NCBI GenBank assembly: GCA_001643675.2
Contig: LSRY02000059.1
Span: 310,001 to 374,000, forward strand
DNA length: 64,000 bases
From: Monocercomonoides exilis PA203
Taxonomy: Eukaryota > Protista > Preaxostyla
Direction: 5' to 3'
The notes beneath the pieces are model-generated. The model had not been told where the DNA came from, did no database searches, and worked only from the letters and a program-made list of their open reading frames with translations. How positions within the stretch are numbered: position 1 is the first letter of the stretch; every line of letters starts with the position of its first letter. This document shows positions 52,792 through 64,000 of the stretch, one piece after another. A program made the position numbers and the translations under genes.

Positions 52792-54996
52792 TTACGTTGA
52801 TTGATTTGTCGAAGAAGAAAATTGGGCAAAGCCAACCTGAATACCGTTTGACGAATCAGGTTGAGTGGCATGAGCAGGAGGAGGAGGAGGAGAAGGTGAG
52901 CAGCGGTGTCTGACTGCTGATGGAGAAGAAAGAGGAGGGTGCAAATGATACGAAGGAATGGCACCAGCAGATTCAACAGGATGAGGTGGGTTCATCTGGC
53001 TGTGGGCATCTGCTGCAGCTGAGGCAGAAGAAGCAGGATTAGCAGAGGAAGAAGATTGCTGGCTGTAGTAAGTGAGGAGCGGTTGGAAATGTGGGTGCAG
53101 AAACGTCGAAGGAGACGGCGGCTGGTCAGGGCCTGGAGAGATTCCGGTTTGTGTAGCTGATGCTCCTGCCGGCAAGGACAAAGAGGAAGATGTGGGAGAG
53201 TAGTAGCCAGAGGTAGGCGAGCCAGCCTGTGCGTGGGGGCTGAGGAGAGGGAGAGTGGCAGCAGAGGGAGAAGGAGACATGAGGCCGAAGGGATCAGAGC
53301 CAGGCACAACGAGGTTGGGCAGCAGGATGTCGGCAATGGCCTTGGCGAAGAGGTCAGAGCAGTCCACAATGCGAAACTCGCATTCCGTGGGGAGGGGAGT
53401 GGCTGAAGGAGAAGAAAGAGAAGGAGAAGCTTCGGAAGTTTGAGGGGATTCTGGCGATGCTGAAGACGTTGACGGTGATGCAGTGCTGTCAGTTGGAGCA
53501 GGTGCTTCGTTTGATGCTTTGGCTTCGCCTTCAGCTTCACCTTCAGCTTTGCCAGAGACGCTTTTGTTGGGACGAGTCATTGGACGAATAAACTGGGAAG
53601 ATCCAACTGGGGAAGAAGAAGACGAAGATGATGACGATGGTTGCAGTTCATTTGATGTTTTGAGGCAAGAATTTTGTGTGAATGGATGAGAGTTGGTAGC
53701 AATAATCCATTTGATGTTGCTCTGTATTTGCAATTTCATGTTTAAGCAAAAAAGAAGAAGGATATAAAAAATGATAAACGAATTCTTTTTTCAAACCTTT
53801 TTGAGCTTCTTCACAACATTGTCGTCATTCAGAGCCAAATGAGAGATGACAGCTGACACAGAAAGAGCACCACGTTCCATGTATGCATCAGCAGCATGCA
53901 TCAATGTGCCTCCAGATCGTGTCATATCATCGTAAATGATGACATGCTTCCCTTTCACATTTCCAATCACATCCATCACTTTTGTATCTGTGAATGATCT
54001 TGTCTTTCTGACAAATGCAATGTCGGTTTTGTATGCTTTGGCAAACGCTTCAACCCTATTTTCATTGAAATGATGAGATTAATACATGTTAACGAATTGT
54101 TTTAGTTGATAGTATCTCAAAACGCATACCATTTTGGTCTACCCAAATCAGCTGATGCAAACATAAAGGACCCTTCGGGAAATGGCAACTCTCCAATGGC
54201 TTTTTGGAGAGTCTCTTGCCCATAAAGTTCGGCTCTCAATATGTCCCCTTCAAAATAATGTAAAATACCTTTTCAAATTTTTTAAATAATTGAAGAAATT
54301 GTAATTTTCGTTGTTTTCTAAAAGTTAATAAAATACAAACCATTAACATGCAAATCAAGAAAAAGAAATGCATTTCCGTAGCCGAATGCAGGAAGTCTTG
54401 ACAGCAAGCGAATGTTGGCTAAAAAAGAAATGAACATCTATTTTGCTAGTCCAAAGCGAGACAAACCTTTGCATGTTACAACTTCTCCAAATTGTGTTGC
54501 TCTTTCCATTGTAGAATAGCCCTAAAAAAAAGTTGAATTAATATTGGATCATGAATTATTCTGCAAACCAAGAAAGGAATGACAAATATTCTGGATCGAG
54601 TGCCAAATGAAGACAATGAAGCAGCAACCTTTGTAAAAATGAACAATGAACAATGGAATGCAGAGATTTTCACGTGCAATTGTTAAAAACACACTCGAAA
54701 AAGCTCCATGAAGTCAGAATCAGAACACAGTGATGAAACATATATGCAATCCTTTCCAAATAAATTTGTTTGGTTTCCTGCCATAAAGCGAAGTTGTGAT
54801 TCCCCTTCTGCTGTAATCTTTCTTTGAATGGGTATTGGTGTTGCTAAAAAGTTTAATAAAGCTCTTTATCAGAATCGCAAAAATATCCCTCAAAAATACC
54901 ATTGATGTCGCGATTTTTAAGTTTTTCCAATAAAAGATCTGCAAAGTATTTAGAATTTTTGCTCCAAAAAAGAAGGACTTGCTGTGGCTCCTCCAT
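52792..54996 (-). CDS. PRPS: Ribose-phosphate pyrophosphokinase (PRPP synthetase), multi-exon, with Ser/Pro insertion and C-terminal extension
   Basis: IFVIPFL|GYSTMERA, FLDLHVNG, FASADLGRPKW, VIIYDDMTRSGGTL (PRPP-binding loop), AVISHL, IIATNSHP, IVDCSDLFAKAI. Confidence 0.9.
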
Positions 54997-55183
54997 TCGG
55001 CCGAATATTAATGTTTTTGATCTTTTTGACCCATCACACTTAAAAATGATAATTGTTTCAGTATTCATCAAATATTACTTAAATTACTCTTGAAACAAAC
55101 AATAAAGTTTTTGTTAAAAATGAATTTTCATTATTTATTAAACGAATTATACAAATACAGCTTTGAAAGATAATTAGATTTTG

Positions 55184-58100
55184 TTATAAATCATCTTCAT
55201 CAATTTTTCCTTTCTTCTTCCTTATATTACCTCCAATTTCAACTTTATTTTCTTGTGAATTGTATGCCTCCATAATTTGTTCTGCGGTAGTTGCATCTTC
55301 TGGGGATTTATCAGGTCGCACTCTGAGAAAACGAGGGAAACGAAGAGCAAGTCCTCTTCCATCTTCAAACTATAAGTTTTATATTCAAAAAATAGTTGAT
55401 TCAACAAAAAAAAAAATCAAAAATTGTCAAAATAAATTGAATGTTAAACCATCTCGCTTGCTGCTGTATGAAGAGGAGATATCGAGAATTCTGATCCTTT
55501 CACTTCCCAAACAGTCCATGGCTCAAACCAAACATCAGGTTTAAGACGAGGATCAGTTGAATGTGAAACATTTTCTGGAGGATTTGTTTTAATATGATCA
55601 GCTGCCTCTTCTGGGAATGTTTTCAGAAATTCTTCATCAAATCCTGTTCCAATCTGTTTGAAATAATTATAAAAATTCAAAAATGAAAGATCATAAGAAA
55701 AGAATCAAAGAATGAAGAATGAAGAAGTCTCACAAGCCTTTGTAACAGTCTGAAATGTGTCCAACTCAGGATTGTAGCACGCGAGCAGAAAACTTCCAAA
55801 CCAGCTGTTTCTTTTCCCTGTTCCGTATTTTGCGCCAATCGGAACTAAATCAAAGGAATCGCCCAGAGCATTCAAATAATCCTTCTTCAGTTTCACCCAC
55901 GCATAGCTTCTCCCTGGCACATATCCTGCATTCAACGACTTCACCATGAGCCCCTCGCATTTTGCTTTCACTGATGCTTCCATCGTTTCCATCATAGCTT
56001 CTTCGTCTTCGGGATCAGAAAACGAAGCAAACTGGAACATTTTGGGGATTTCCACAAAATTTTCTCTCAAAACCTTCCTTCGCACGCTGAGTGGCTTGTT
56101 CATCATGGTTTCTCCGTTGTAATAAAGCAGGTCAAATGCCATCACACAAACCTGCACTTTGATTTCGTCGATTCGCACATCTTTCTTCGATCGTGTTGAA
56201 AGCGTCTGAAAAGGCTGAATGCAGTTTGTCTCTCGATCAAATGCCACCACTTCTGTATCCAAAATAAACCCTCCATTTTTAGCACCGCTTCCAGCATGCT
56301 TTTTGTGTGAAGCCTTTCTTTCATTAGCTTTTGTGTTGGAACTTGAAGCTGGTTCTTCATCCATCTCATCACTGTCTTCGTCTTTTTCTGTTTCTCCTTC
56401 ATGTTCGCTTTCTTCTTCGCTGTCTGGTTTTGGTTGGTATGCTGCTGCCACAATTTGCAGTGCATCAGGGAACTTTCCTGTGAGATTCTCGCAGTTGCGA
56501 GAAAAGACACTTGGTGAGTGGCCTTTCGCTGTTGACAAAGTGACAATTGGCAATCCCTGCAATGCAGGTTGCTGTGAAGATGGAGAGGCTGAAGGAGATT
56601 TCACACTTTGACCATCATCTTCGCGAGACTTTATTGCACCCTCAGGAAAATGGAACTGTGCTCTCTGACCATCGTACTTGTACTCACATGTATATTTCTC
56701 TCCAAATGCAGAAACTTTCTGTATTGCTTCTTTTGCACTCGTCATTGGCTTTGCCAGCATCGCCATGATGGGCACACCTGGTGTTATGGTGCATGAATCC
56801 TCCAAACCCCGAACACCACCACTGCTATTTACTATCGCAGCTGATATCTTGTCAAACGAATTTGTCAATGCCCAGGCACTCTCTACAATGGCACGTGCTT
56901 CACAAAGTTCTCCCACAAACAGAGAATAATCTTGTGGAGCACTCGATGGCTTTGTGATTGCAGCTGCATGTGCTAAAGCACCAAGAATAGTCTTCATTCC
57001 CAAATGGGAACGAAGCTTTCCCTATGAAAATGGAGTGTTGAAAAAAATGAAAGTGCTTCAAAGTCAAACAAATTTTAAGAAATGTGCAATTGAAAACCTG
57101 TAAAGTCCTAACAAGAAACTTTATCTCGTTTTGCCTACAAGCAGCAAACATATTCATAATTCTACCTTTCTTTTCCTGCAAATATATAATTGTAATAAAT
57201 ATAAAGGCGTTAATTATATAACTCATTTTCATTCAGAAAATGAGCGCAAACATCTCTTTTTCCGGATAAAGCAATCTCTCTGAACATTTTAAAAATATGT
57301 GAACAGGTTAAAGGAGCTGGTTGGATAAGCAATCTTTGTGTGGATTTCAAATCTTGAGCAAGATCTCCCAAGTCAGTTTTATCTTTTAAATGTTTTTTTA
57401 TTGTTTCAACTTTTGTTCCAGAAGTCTAAAAATGTGAAATTTTTGAGCATAAAACAATGAGCACTCAAAGAAATATCTACTTAAAAATGTTTGCATACAT
57501 CGGCAAGGCATTGTATTAGAAGAGCGTCTCCAACACCCAGCTCTAATTCTTCGTATGGTGGACCAATCTTTCAAAATATTATTTCATAATTTATGTGGAA
57601 TCATAATAAATTATACCATGTCTGAGCATAAATACAAAACAGTTACGAAATCTTTTGGTGTTTGCAAAAGAACTGCTCGAAACAAATTGCATAACATTTC
57701 TAGATGATCCAATCTATTCAAAATTTTTTATTATTAAAAACAATTACAAAAAACTTTTTTTGAAAATGATTATGTGTACCGTTTTGTTGTTGATTCCATT
57801 GTTGTGAATGTTTTTGCAACTTCAAGATATGGAACAGGAGCTCCAGCCTTCCAATGATGTTCAATAGTTGGATCTTTCACATATCCTCTTTTGTAGATTG
57901 TTATCAAATAGATAAAATATTTATTATTTTTATATAAATTTGGAAAAAAAAGTATACATCGATTCTGGTGTTCCATTACAATATCCTCGAGCTTTTGACC
58001 CAGCTTTAGCGCCTGATCCGATGACAGGTCGATGAGTTGTTTTTGAAGTGTCATATAATTTTAGATGAACTAATTCCTTTGAAATCTGTTTTAAAGGTTT

Positions 58101-58367
58101 TGCTTCTTCCAAAGAAGAATCATCACTTTCATTTAAATCATCTGCGTCTTCAGATAATTCTGCTTCAAGATCGTAATCACTAATTGGAGCTTCTTGTTCT
58201 GATGGAGTTAATACTTCTTCTGTTTTCGATAGCTCCTTCGGTTTCACAATTTCTTTTTTCTAAGGTATTATAAATTTTAAATTTAAGTAAATTAAAATGA
58301 ATTAATTTGACAAATATTGAGTTACCTTCCCAAAAAAAGACAATAAATTTGGTTGAGTTGTTGACAT
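55184..58367 (-). CDS. LIG1: DNA ligase I (ATP-dependent), multi-exon
   Basis: N-terminal PIP box [22 protein letters not shown] (motif I), [54 protein letters not shown]. Confidence 0.95.
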
Positions 58368-58570
58368 TTTTTAATATGGGTGGCATGGTTATTGTTTTAA
58401 ATTCATTGATTGGACATTTTGAATGTTCAAATTTATCTGAAGTTCAATTAAATGAAACAGACAATATTCTATTTGAATTATTTTTGTTAATAATTGCAGT
58501 TGTTTAAAAAAATAATTATTTTTGCCTCAAAAAATAAGTCATAATAAAAATGAGAACAATTAAATCATAT

Positions 58571-58838
58571 GGGGGAAAATACGGGTTTTCAAGCTTTTTA
58601 TGCACAAAGCAAGAAAAAATTGTTTTTCTTATAACAGTACTAAACTTTCTCAGATTTTAAAATAAATTTGATTTTCATATCCGTTAACATGTATCGTTGA
58701 AATCAAAACATAAAGTTTTCCAATATTTCACGAATGTCAAAAAATGCACCAATTTTTATTGCATTTTTTGATCTCAAAAAGTCAATGAAAAGTGCATAAT
58801 TTTTAAACGAAAATGCCTGAAGTGAAATATCTTTCCCC
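58571..58838 (+). mobile_element. MITE family A copy (268 bp) flanked by ATAT direct repeat
   Basis: Colinear with 9396-9663. Ends GGGGGAAAATAC ... ATATCTTTCCCC; atat at 58567-58570 and 58839-58842. Confidence 0.88.
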
Positions 58839-59047
58839 ATATAATAGACATATTTTAAATATATTTTTTCAATTAGAAAAAGTGGAACAAAATTGAAATA
58901 AGTTTGATATAAATGCGATAAAATAAATTCTTTTTCAAAATGACTCAATCAATTTTAAAAACTTTAAATACTGGTTTATCGATCATAAAGTTGATTGAAG
59001 AAAAATTGGTGTAAGATCAATTGAAATTTTGCAAATAAATATTTGTC

Positions 59048-60076
59048 ATGGAACGATTGAATTTTTTGGAGGTTCTTGAGCGTGCAGAAAAAAGAATAAC
59101 GCTTCCAACGCACACGCCAATAACTCCGGAAGAGAAAAATAATTCCTTAATAAAAAAAGCTTGTCAAAAAAGCGAAGATCCCATTCACGGATTTTTCCGC
59201 TTGACAGGTTTCACAAGAACAGAATTTGATATGTTGCTTCTTCTTCTTGATTACGAATTACCTCAACATCGTGGAAAGCAAAAGGCAATTCAAAATATTG
59301 ACGAACAACTTTTTGTTTTACTCAATTTCCTTCATTTGGGCTCAACATCAATGACAGAACTTTTGACTTATCCATTTTACAAATCACATAGCTCAGTTAC
59401 GCAGTTATTTCACAGCATCGTTGGAAACATAAAAGATACACTTGTTAATTTACTTTTGATTTTTCGTAAAGATAGAATCAAAGAGTTGCAAGAGGTTGGT
59501 CTAATTATGGATTGTGCAATTGTGCCTATTAACAGGCCAAGTGGAAAATTGGCAGATGGAATGAAATTTTTTAGTGGAAAACATCATTCTTACTGTGTTA
59601 AAGTTGAAATTGGGGTCAACCCAAAGAACGGATTAGCTAGCACAATCAGCGATTTTTACCCAGGAAGCGTTCATGACTATGAAATATTCAAAAATCACTA
59701 TCCAACCTTCTCTCAACATCTCAAAGGTTCCAAAATCATTGCAGACTCGGCCTATATGGGAGCAAAAGCAGAATTGGGAGCTATTATTACAAAACCCCAA
59801 GGAACACCATATCTATCGAAGCACAGGGTTATTGTGGAAAGGTTTTTTGGACGATTAAAGACTTTATTTACTGTGTTCAGAAGAAATTGGCCTATGGATA
59901 TTAAAACAGTTGAAGATTTTTTTATTGTTTCAGTTTGTTTAACCAATTTTCTCATTTTACACAATCCTTTAACGAAATCAGATTGCGATGCAAACGAGTT
60001 GATTATTTACGAACTTCACACTCAATTTTATCAAAAAAAAAGAAAGCGAAAAAGAAAGCGAACGAGCAGTATATAG
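59048..60076 (+). mobile_element. DDE_Tnp_4 transposase (PIF/Harbinger-ISL2EU-IS5-like), catalytic triad intact
   Basis: LIMDCAIVPINRP, FFSGKHHSYCVKVE, YPGSVHDYEIF, IIADSAYMG, HRVIVERFFGRLK. N-terminal FFRLTGFTRTEF...EQLFVLLNFL helical block. Confidence 0.92.
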
Positions 60077-60241
60077 AAAGACAAAGAAAAAAACTTAATC
60101 TTGCAAATGAGAATTCAACTTTTGAATATTCAAAGTCAATCCAAAGAATTGGTTTGTTTTTGTTTTTACGCCCATATTGTTCTTTTGAGCATGAAAAGAA
60201 CATTTTTTCACTTTCATATTTCCATTATTTATCATTTTAAG

Positions 60242-60828
60242 AAGAATCAACAGAATCAGATGACCCATACTGCGAACGATTTTCCAAGCGTCCAGATCAA
60301 GAGAAAAAACAAAAACATTCATTATTGGAATTAGAAGAAAGAGAAGAAATAGAAATAGATGATGATTCAACTTTTGAAGAAAAAGAAAAAGAAAAAGAAA
60401 AAGAAAAAGAAAAAGAAAAAGAAAAAGAAAAAAGAAAAACTGTCAATTTCAATATTTCTGAAAGAAATGAAGATAAGTTGAAGGAAATAGAAAGAATAAA
60501 CGATGATACAAGAAGTTGCCCTTTTTCTTGGTTTCTTCCAGATCAATGGGAATCAGCTCGTTTGCGGAAGACGACTTCATCTAATCAGTTTTTATTGAAT
60601 TCTTCTTTGCCCCTAATAAATACACAATATTCTTCTCAGGCTTCACTGAATGAAACGGCAATTACTCCTCAACCACAGTCAAATACTCCAATTTCGTCTT
60701 TGCAATTGATTTCAACTCATCATTTATTTTCTCAACAATCAGATTCTTCTGCATCTTCAGATTCAAACTTATCTCGGGCGCGATCTTCTTCTTTCTCATC
60801 CAATGAAAATCATAGTCAAACAAAATAA
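60242..60828 (+). CDS. Probable terminal exon of the transposase gene (acidic, EK-repeat, Ser-rich)
   Basis: Phase-compatible with donor ATT G|GTTTGT at 60151 via intron 60152-60241. Contains ORF 60325-60828 and (GAAAAA)n. Confidence 0.55.
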
Positions 60829-61648
60829 CAATTACTGTATTCAAATAACCACATGAAGGCCATTATCATCTTTATCATTTATTTAAATAAACATTCACCA
60901 AATTTCTCTCTCATTTCTCTCTTTTTTTTAAAAAAAGGAATAAGAATTTTTAGAATTATAAGATTTTTTCTTTTGTTTTATTTTTCAGAAAAAATTTTTT
61001 AAACTAAAACTTCATTTTCATTCTTTGTTATTTCATATCCAATAAAAATTGAAGTTGAAATGAAAATATTGCAAAATGTGAAAAAATTTAAGAAAATACA
61101 ATTAGAATCTCGTTAAAAGCTAAAATGGAACATCCAAAACATGTTACAATATTCAAAGCTTGTGTATATGAAAGAGAATACATCAATAATATAAAAAGTC
61201 ACATTTAAGAAAAATTGACAGAAAAAACTCAAAAATTATAAAAAATTGATCACACACATTTCTTTTTGATGATGAGCCATAATCTTTTGTTCAGTTTTCA
61301 TTCAAAGTGAGTGAAAAATGCACAAAAACAAAAACTTGCGATCATTTTGTGTTGATCATAAAATTGCCCTTTTAACCAAAAAAAAGTTTAAGGGAATTCG
61401 AATTAGATGAAGCAAATTTGGATAAGTTGAAGGAAATTGGAATTGAGTGAACATATTTGAATTTATTGATTCTAACTAAAATAGGTCTTTTTTTTAAAGA
61501 AATGATAATTCATATTTTGATTTTCATTTATTCTCATAAAAAAATTTTTTTGTTCAATCACATGATGTTGTTAAAATAATATTCCCTTTGCATTGATATT
61601 TATTCAGTTGTTTAGGAATAATTTGCCTGCAAAAAATATTTTGTATAT

Positions 61649-61905
61649 GGGTGTTTATTTTTGAAATCATATATTTTTTCGGTGTGTTGATTTTTTAAGA
61701 TTGTTGATTATTCGAAAGTAATTTTCATTTCAAAAGAAAAAAAGCATAATAATTGTTTTTCACGTAAATGTTTTCGTTAAATAAAAAATTAAAATGTTTT
61801 GAATAAGCCTTTTCTCTCTTCAGTGTTTTTTTATTGTTATTCAAGATATATTTTTGCACCGAAATTTTTGAATGAAAAAAGTTATGATTACAAAAATAAT
61901 CACCC
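61649..61905 (+). mobile_element. MITE family B copy (257 bp), 23-bp TIR, ATAT direct repeat
   Basis: gggtgtttatttttgaaatcata vs reverse complement of right end gggtgattatttttgtaatcata (21/23). atat at 61645-61648 and 61906-61909. Confidence 0.88.
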
Positions 61906-62666
61906 ATATTTTAATTTTTCAATAAAAAATTAAACTTTCAATCTTGAAATTTTTTCACTTTGAAAAAACGAAAAGTTGTCATTCGAATTTCAAACGTTAT
62001 TAATTAAATCTCAAATTTTCTTATTTTGAACTATTCTTGGAGTTTAAAAAAATACCAAAAGAAAAACCAAAATTTTGGCAAAAATAATAAACTGGGCAGC
62101 TATGATAATAGTGATAATTTTTTCCATTATGATGATGTCTATCTTTACGAATGCACGAGTGTTTAAAAAATTTTTTTCTTAGAATTATGTTTGAATTTTG
62201 TTTTTGATCTTAATGAATAAGAATTTTGAATTCAGAGATGTTAATGAAAGAATTTGAAAAAATAATGAGAAAATTAATCGACAAAATCAAAGTTAAATTA
62301 TGAAATAATTTCTTTCTTTGACCCAAAAAACATTCTATATTTTGCTATGTTTTATTTGACAAAAAATGAATTCGTTTAAATTTTCATGAGTGAAATTATG
62401 ATGGTATTAAAAATTAATGTGTTTAATTAAATAAAATAGATCCTTTCGTTTAAATTTCCAGTGATCATAAAAATGCATTTTATCTTCAAATTAACCTCAC
62501 AACTCATAAAATTTCACCATCATGTCAATAATAACATTATTAGGCATATCTTTCCGTAATAGTAATATTTGGTGAGTTGGAATGATAATTTCAAAAAAAA
62601 TTGAAAATTTTATTCTCACATTAAAATTAAACAAAATGAACTTTTCAAAAAAATAAAGACACATAA

Positions 62667-62928
62667 AAGTGATAATTATCGAAATTTTAACATTTTCCGA
62701 CGTATGGAAATTATGAAAATTCATTGTCAGAGAAAATCAATTAGTCAATGAAATGAAAAAATCATTTCAATAGTGTCACAAGTCAAAGTTTGATGTTAAT
62801 GAAAGACTGAGATGTTTTTCGTTTAAAGTTATCCCTATCATGTGTTCATTGAAAAAAAAAAAAAAAAAACAAATTAATCAAACCAATATTTTTTAGTTCG
62901 AAATAAATAAATTAAAAAACAATCACAC
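62667..62928 (+). mobile_element. Degenerate MITE family B copy
   Basis: aagtgataattatcgaaatt...aattatgaaaattcattgtca matches the left part of the 63137 copy. Right end aaaaacaatcacac lies at the expected distance. Confidence 0.5.
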
Positions 62929-63136
62929 CACTCCAACAACGTTCTTGATGCAATTCATTTGTTTAACCATTTCACTTTTTCAACTATATAAATATCATAT
63001 CAAACGATATTATTTGATTTCTAAAACTGATGTGAAAATGCTGATGTAATTATTTTCTTTATTGATCATTCGATCCATGAAATGACTAAGAATATCTTGG
63101 ACAAATATCCAATTCGTGTGTTGATTTTCATAACAT

Positions 63137-63391
63137 AGGAAATTATTTTTGATATCATAACTTTTTTCGGAGTGTTCATAATTATGAATATTCATTGTCA
63201 TTGGTTAACTAATTATCATTCTAATGAATAATGTTTCTTTATCGTTTCAAAAGACATAATTTTTCTTAAAAAATAGCATTGTCGTCATAAAATTGATCTT
63301 TTTCTTTTCAAAGTTCGTTCACGAATATTCATAAAAAATATTCTTCCCGAAATTTTTGACAGAAAAAATTTGATTGCAAAAATAATCACCC
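63137..63391 (+). mobile_element. MITE family B copy (255 bp)
   Basis: aggaaattatttttgatatcataacttttttcggagtg ... ccgaaatttttgacagaaaaaatttgattgcaaaaataatcaccc; flanks acat / agat. Confidence 0.8.
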
Positions 63392-63908
63392 AGATGAAAA
63401 AAAAAAACCAATAGGAACGATTTATCAGGATTTTGCAGTTTAGAAAACAGTATCGAATTTTTGGATTAGCTTTGAAAATTAGCAATTTTCATTGAAAATT
63501 TCTCACATTACCATTTGCAAGCAAAAAATTTCTAGAATTAATTGTTTCTAACATTGCACTTTTAAATTATGTCAATTTTGTAAATATAAACGTTTTTATC
63601 ATAGATTTCAATTTCTCTTGTAAAATGAAATGTATAAATAATAAGTTAAGAAGAGAGAATAACAGAATTATATAAATGTTGAAAAAATGATAAATATTGT
63701 AAAAAATGAACTTTGATTGTCACTTGTTGAACGAATAATTATAAAAAACATTAATCACGAATATCTCTTGATTTAATAAATATATGTTTATGTTACCAAA
63801 ATCTATATCACACTAAAAAAATTAAAAAAAGTGAATTGAATGACGTACAATAATTATAAAGTACGACATTTATTGAAATGTAAATAGTATCATGAATAAT
63901 CACAATTG

Positions 63909-64000
63909 TCATGTTTTATGTTCATTATCTGAGTTTACACCACTTCCATTATCTTCATCATCATCATCATCTCCTTCGTCCTCTTCTCTCTCTTCATTGC
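63909..64000 (-). CDS. 3' end of a gene entering from beyond the window (acidic tail)
   Basis: NEEREEDEGDDDDDEDNGSGVNSDNEHKT* with a GC rise at the window edge. Confidence 0.5.
   Translation of the reverse strand, partial: NEEREEDEGDDDDDEDNGSGVNSDNEHKT

Noticed and set aside
50931-54996. Possible PRPS-BTP fusion gene
   Set aside because: PRPS has a stop at 52792. The next exon starts with its own ATG (52683) and has no AG acceptor directly before it.
58571-61905. Treating the GGG at 58571 and the CCC at 61905 as ends of one autonomous element carrying the transposase
   Set aside because: Both are flanked by ATAT, but they belong to two different self-contained MITEs, each with its own partner end. 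A composite mobilisation cannot be excluded but is unsupported.
61600-63400. CRISPR-like or tandem array from the recurring atgat..caaaaataatcaccc motif
   Set aside because: The motifs are paired inverted termini of dispersed ~257-bp MITEs, not regularly spaced direct repeats.

Overview
Eukaryotic, intron-rich protist genomic DNA with the standard code (TAA, TAG and TGA all act as stops). It has very AT-rich introns and intergenic spacers, GC-richer long exons, and many Ser/Glu/Lys low-complexity tracts. Overall style resembles a flagellated metamonad such as the oxymonad Monocercomonoides (inference only). About 20 spliced genes were reconstructed by eye: KATNAL2-type katanin, a MATE transporter, CFAP299, CD2BP2/Lin1, a small PSI-domain membrane protein missed by the ORF track, a PH-like/C2/LOR protein, LCAT/PLA2G15, a cytosolic carboxypeptidase, a kinesin-1-like motor, SRP72, a BET/GTE bromodomain protein, a BTP histone-fold protein, PRPS, DNA ligase I and several hypotheticals. 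Two gene-poor transposon islands lie at about 7.9-10.8 kb and 58.5-63.4 kb. They share two MITE families (268 bp and about 257 bp) with GGG...CCC ends and apparent 4-bp target duplications. The left island also holds a foldback-like MITE and a dead pogo-type transposase. The right island holds a DDE_Tnp_4 (Harbinger/ISL2EU/IS5-like) transposase whose full-length form appears to need a -1 shift at an A9 run followed by splicing. Two GC-AG introns with identical AAG|GCTTGT donors are also present. Coordinates of spliced genes come from manual exon assembly and may be off by an exon at the ends.
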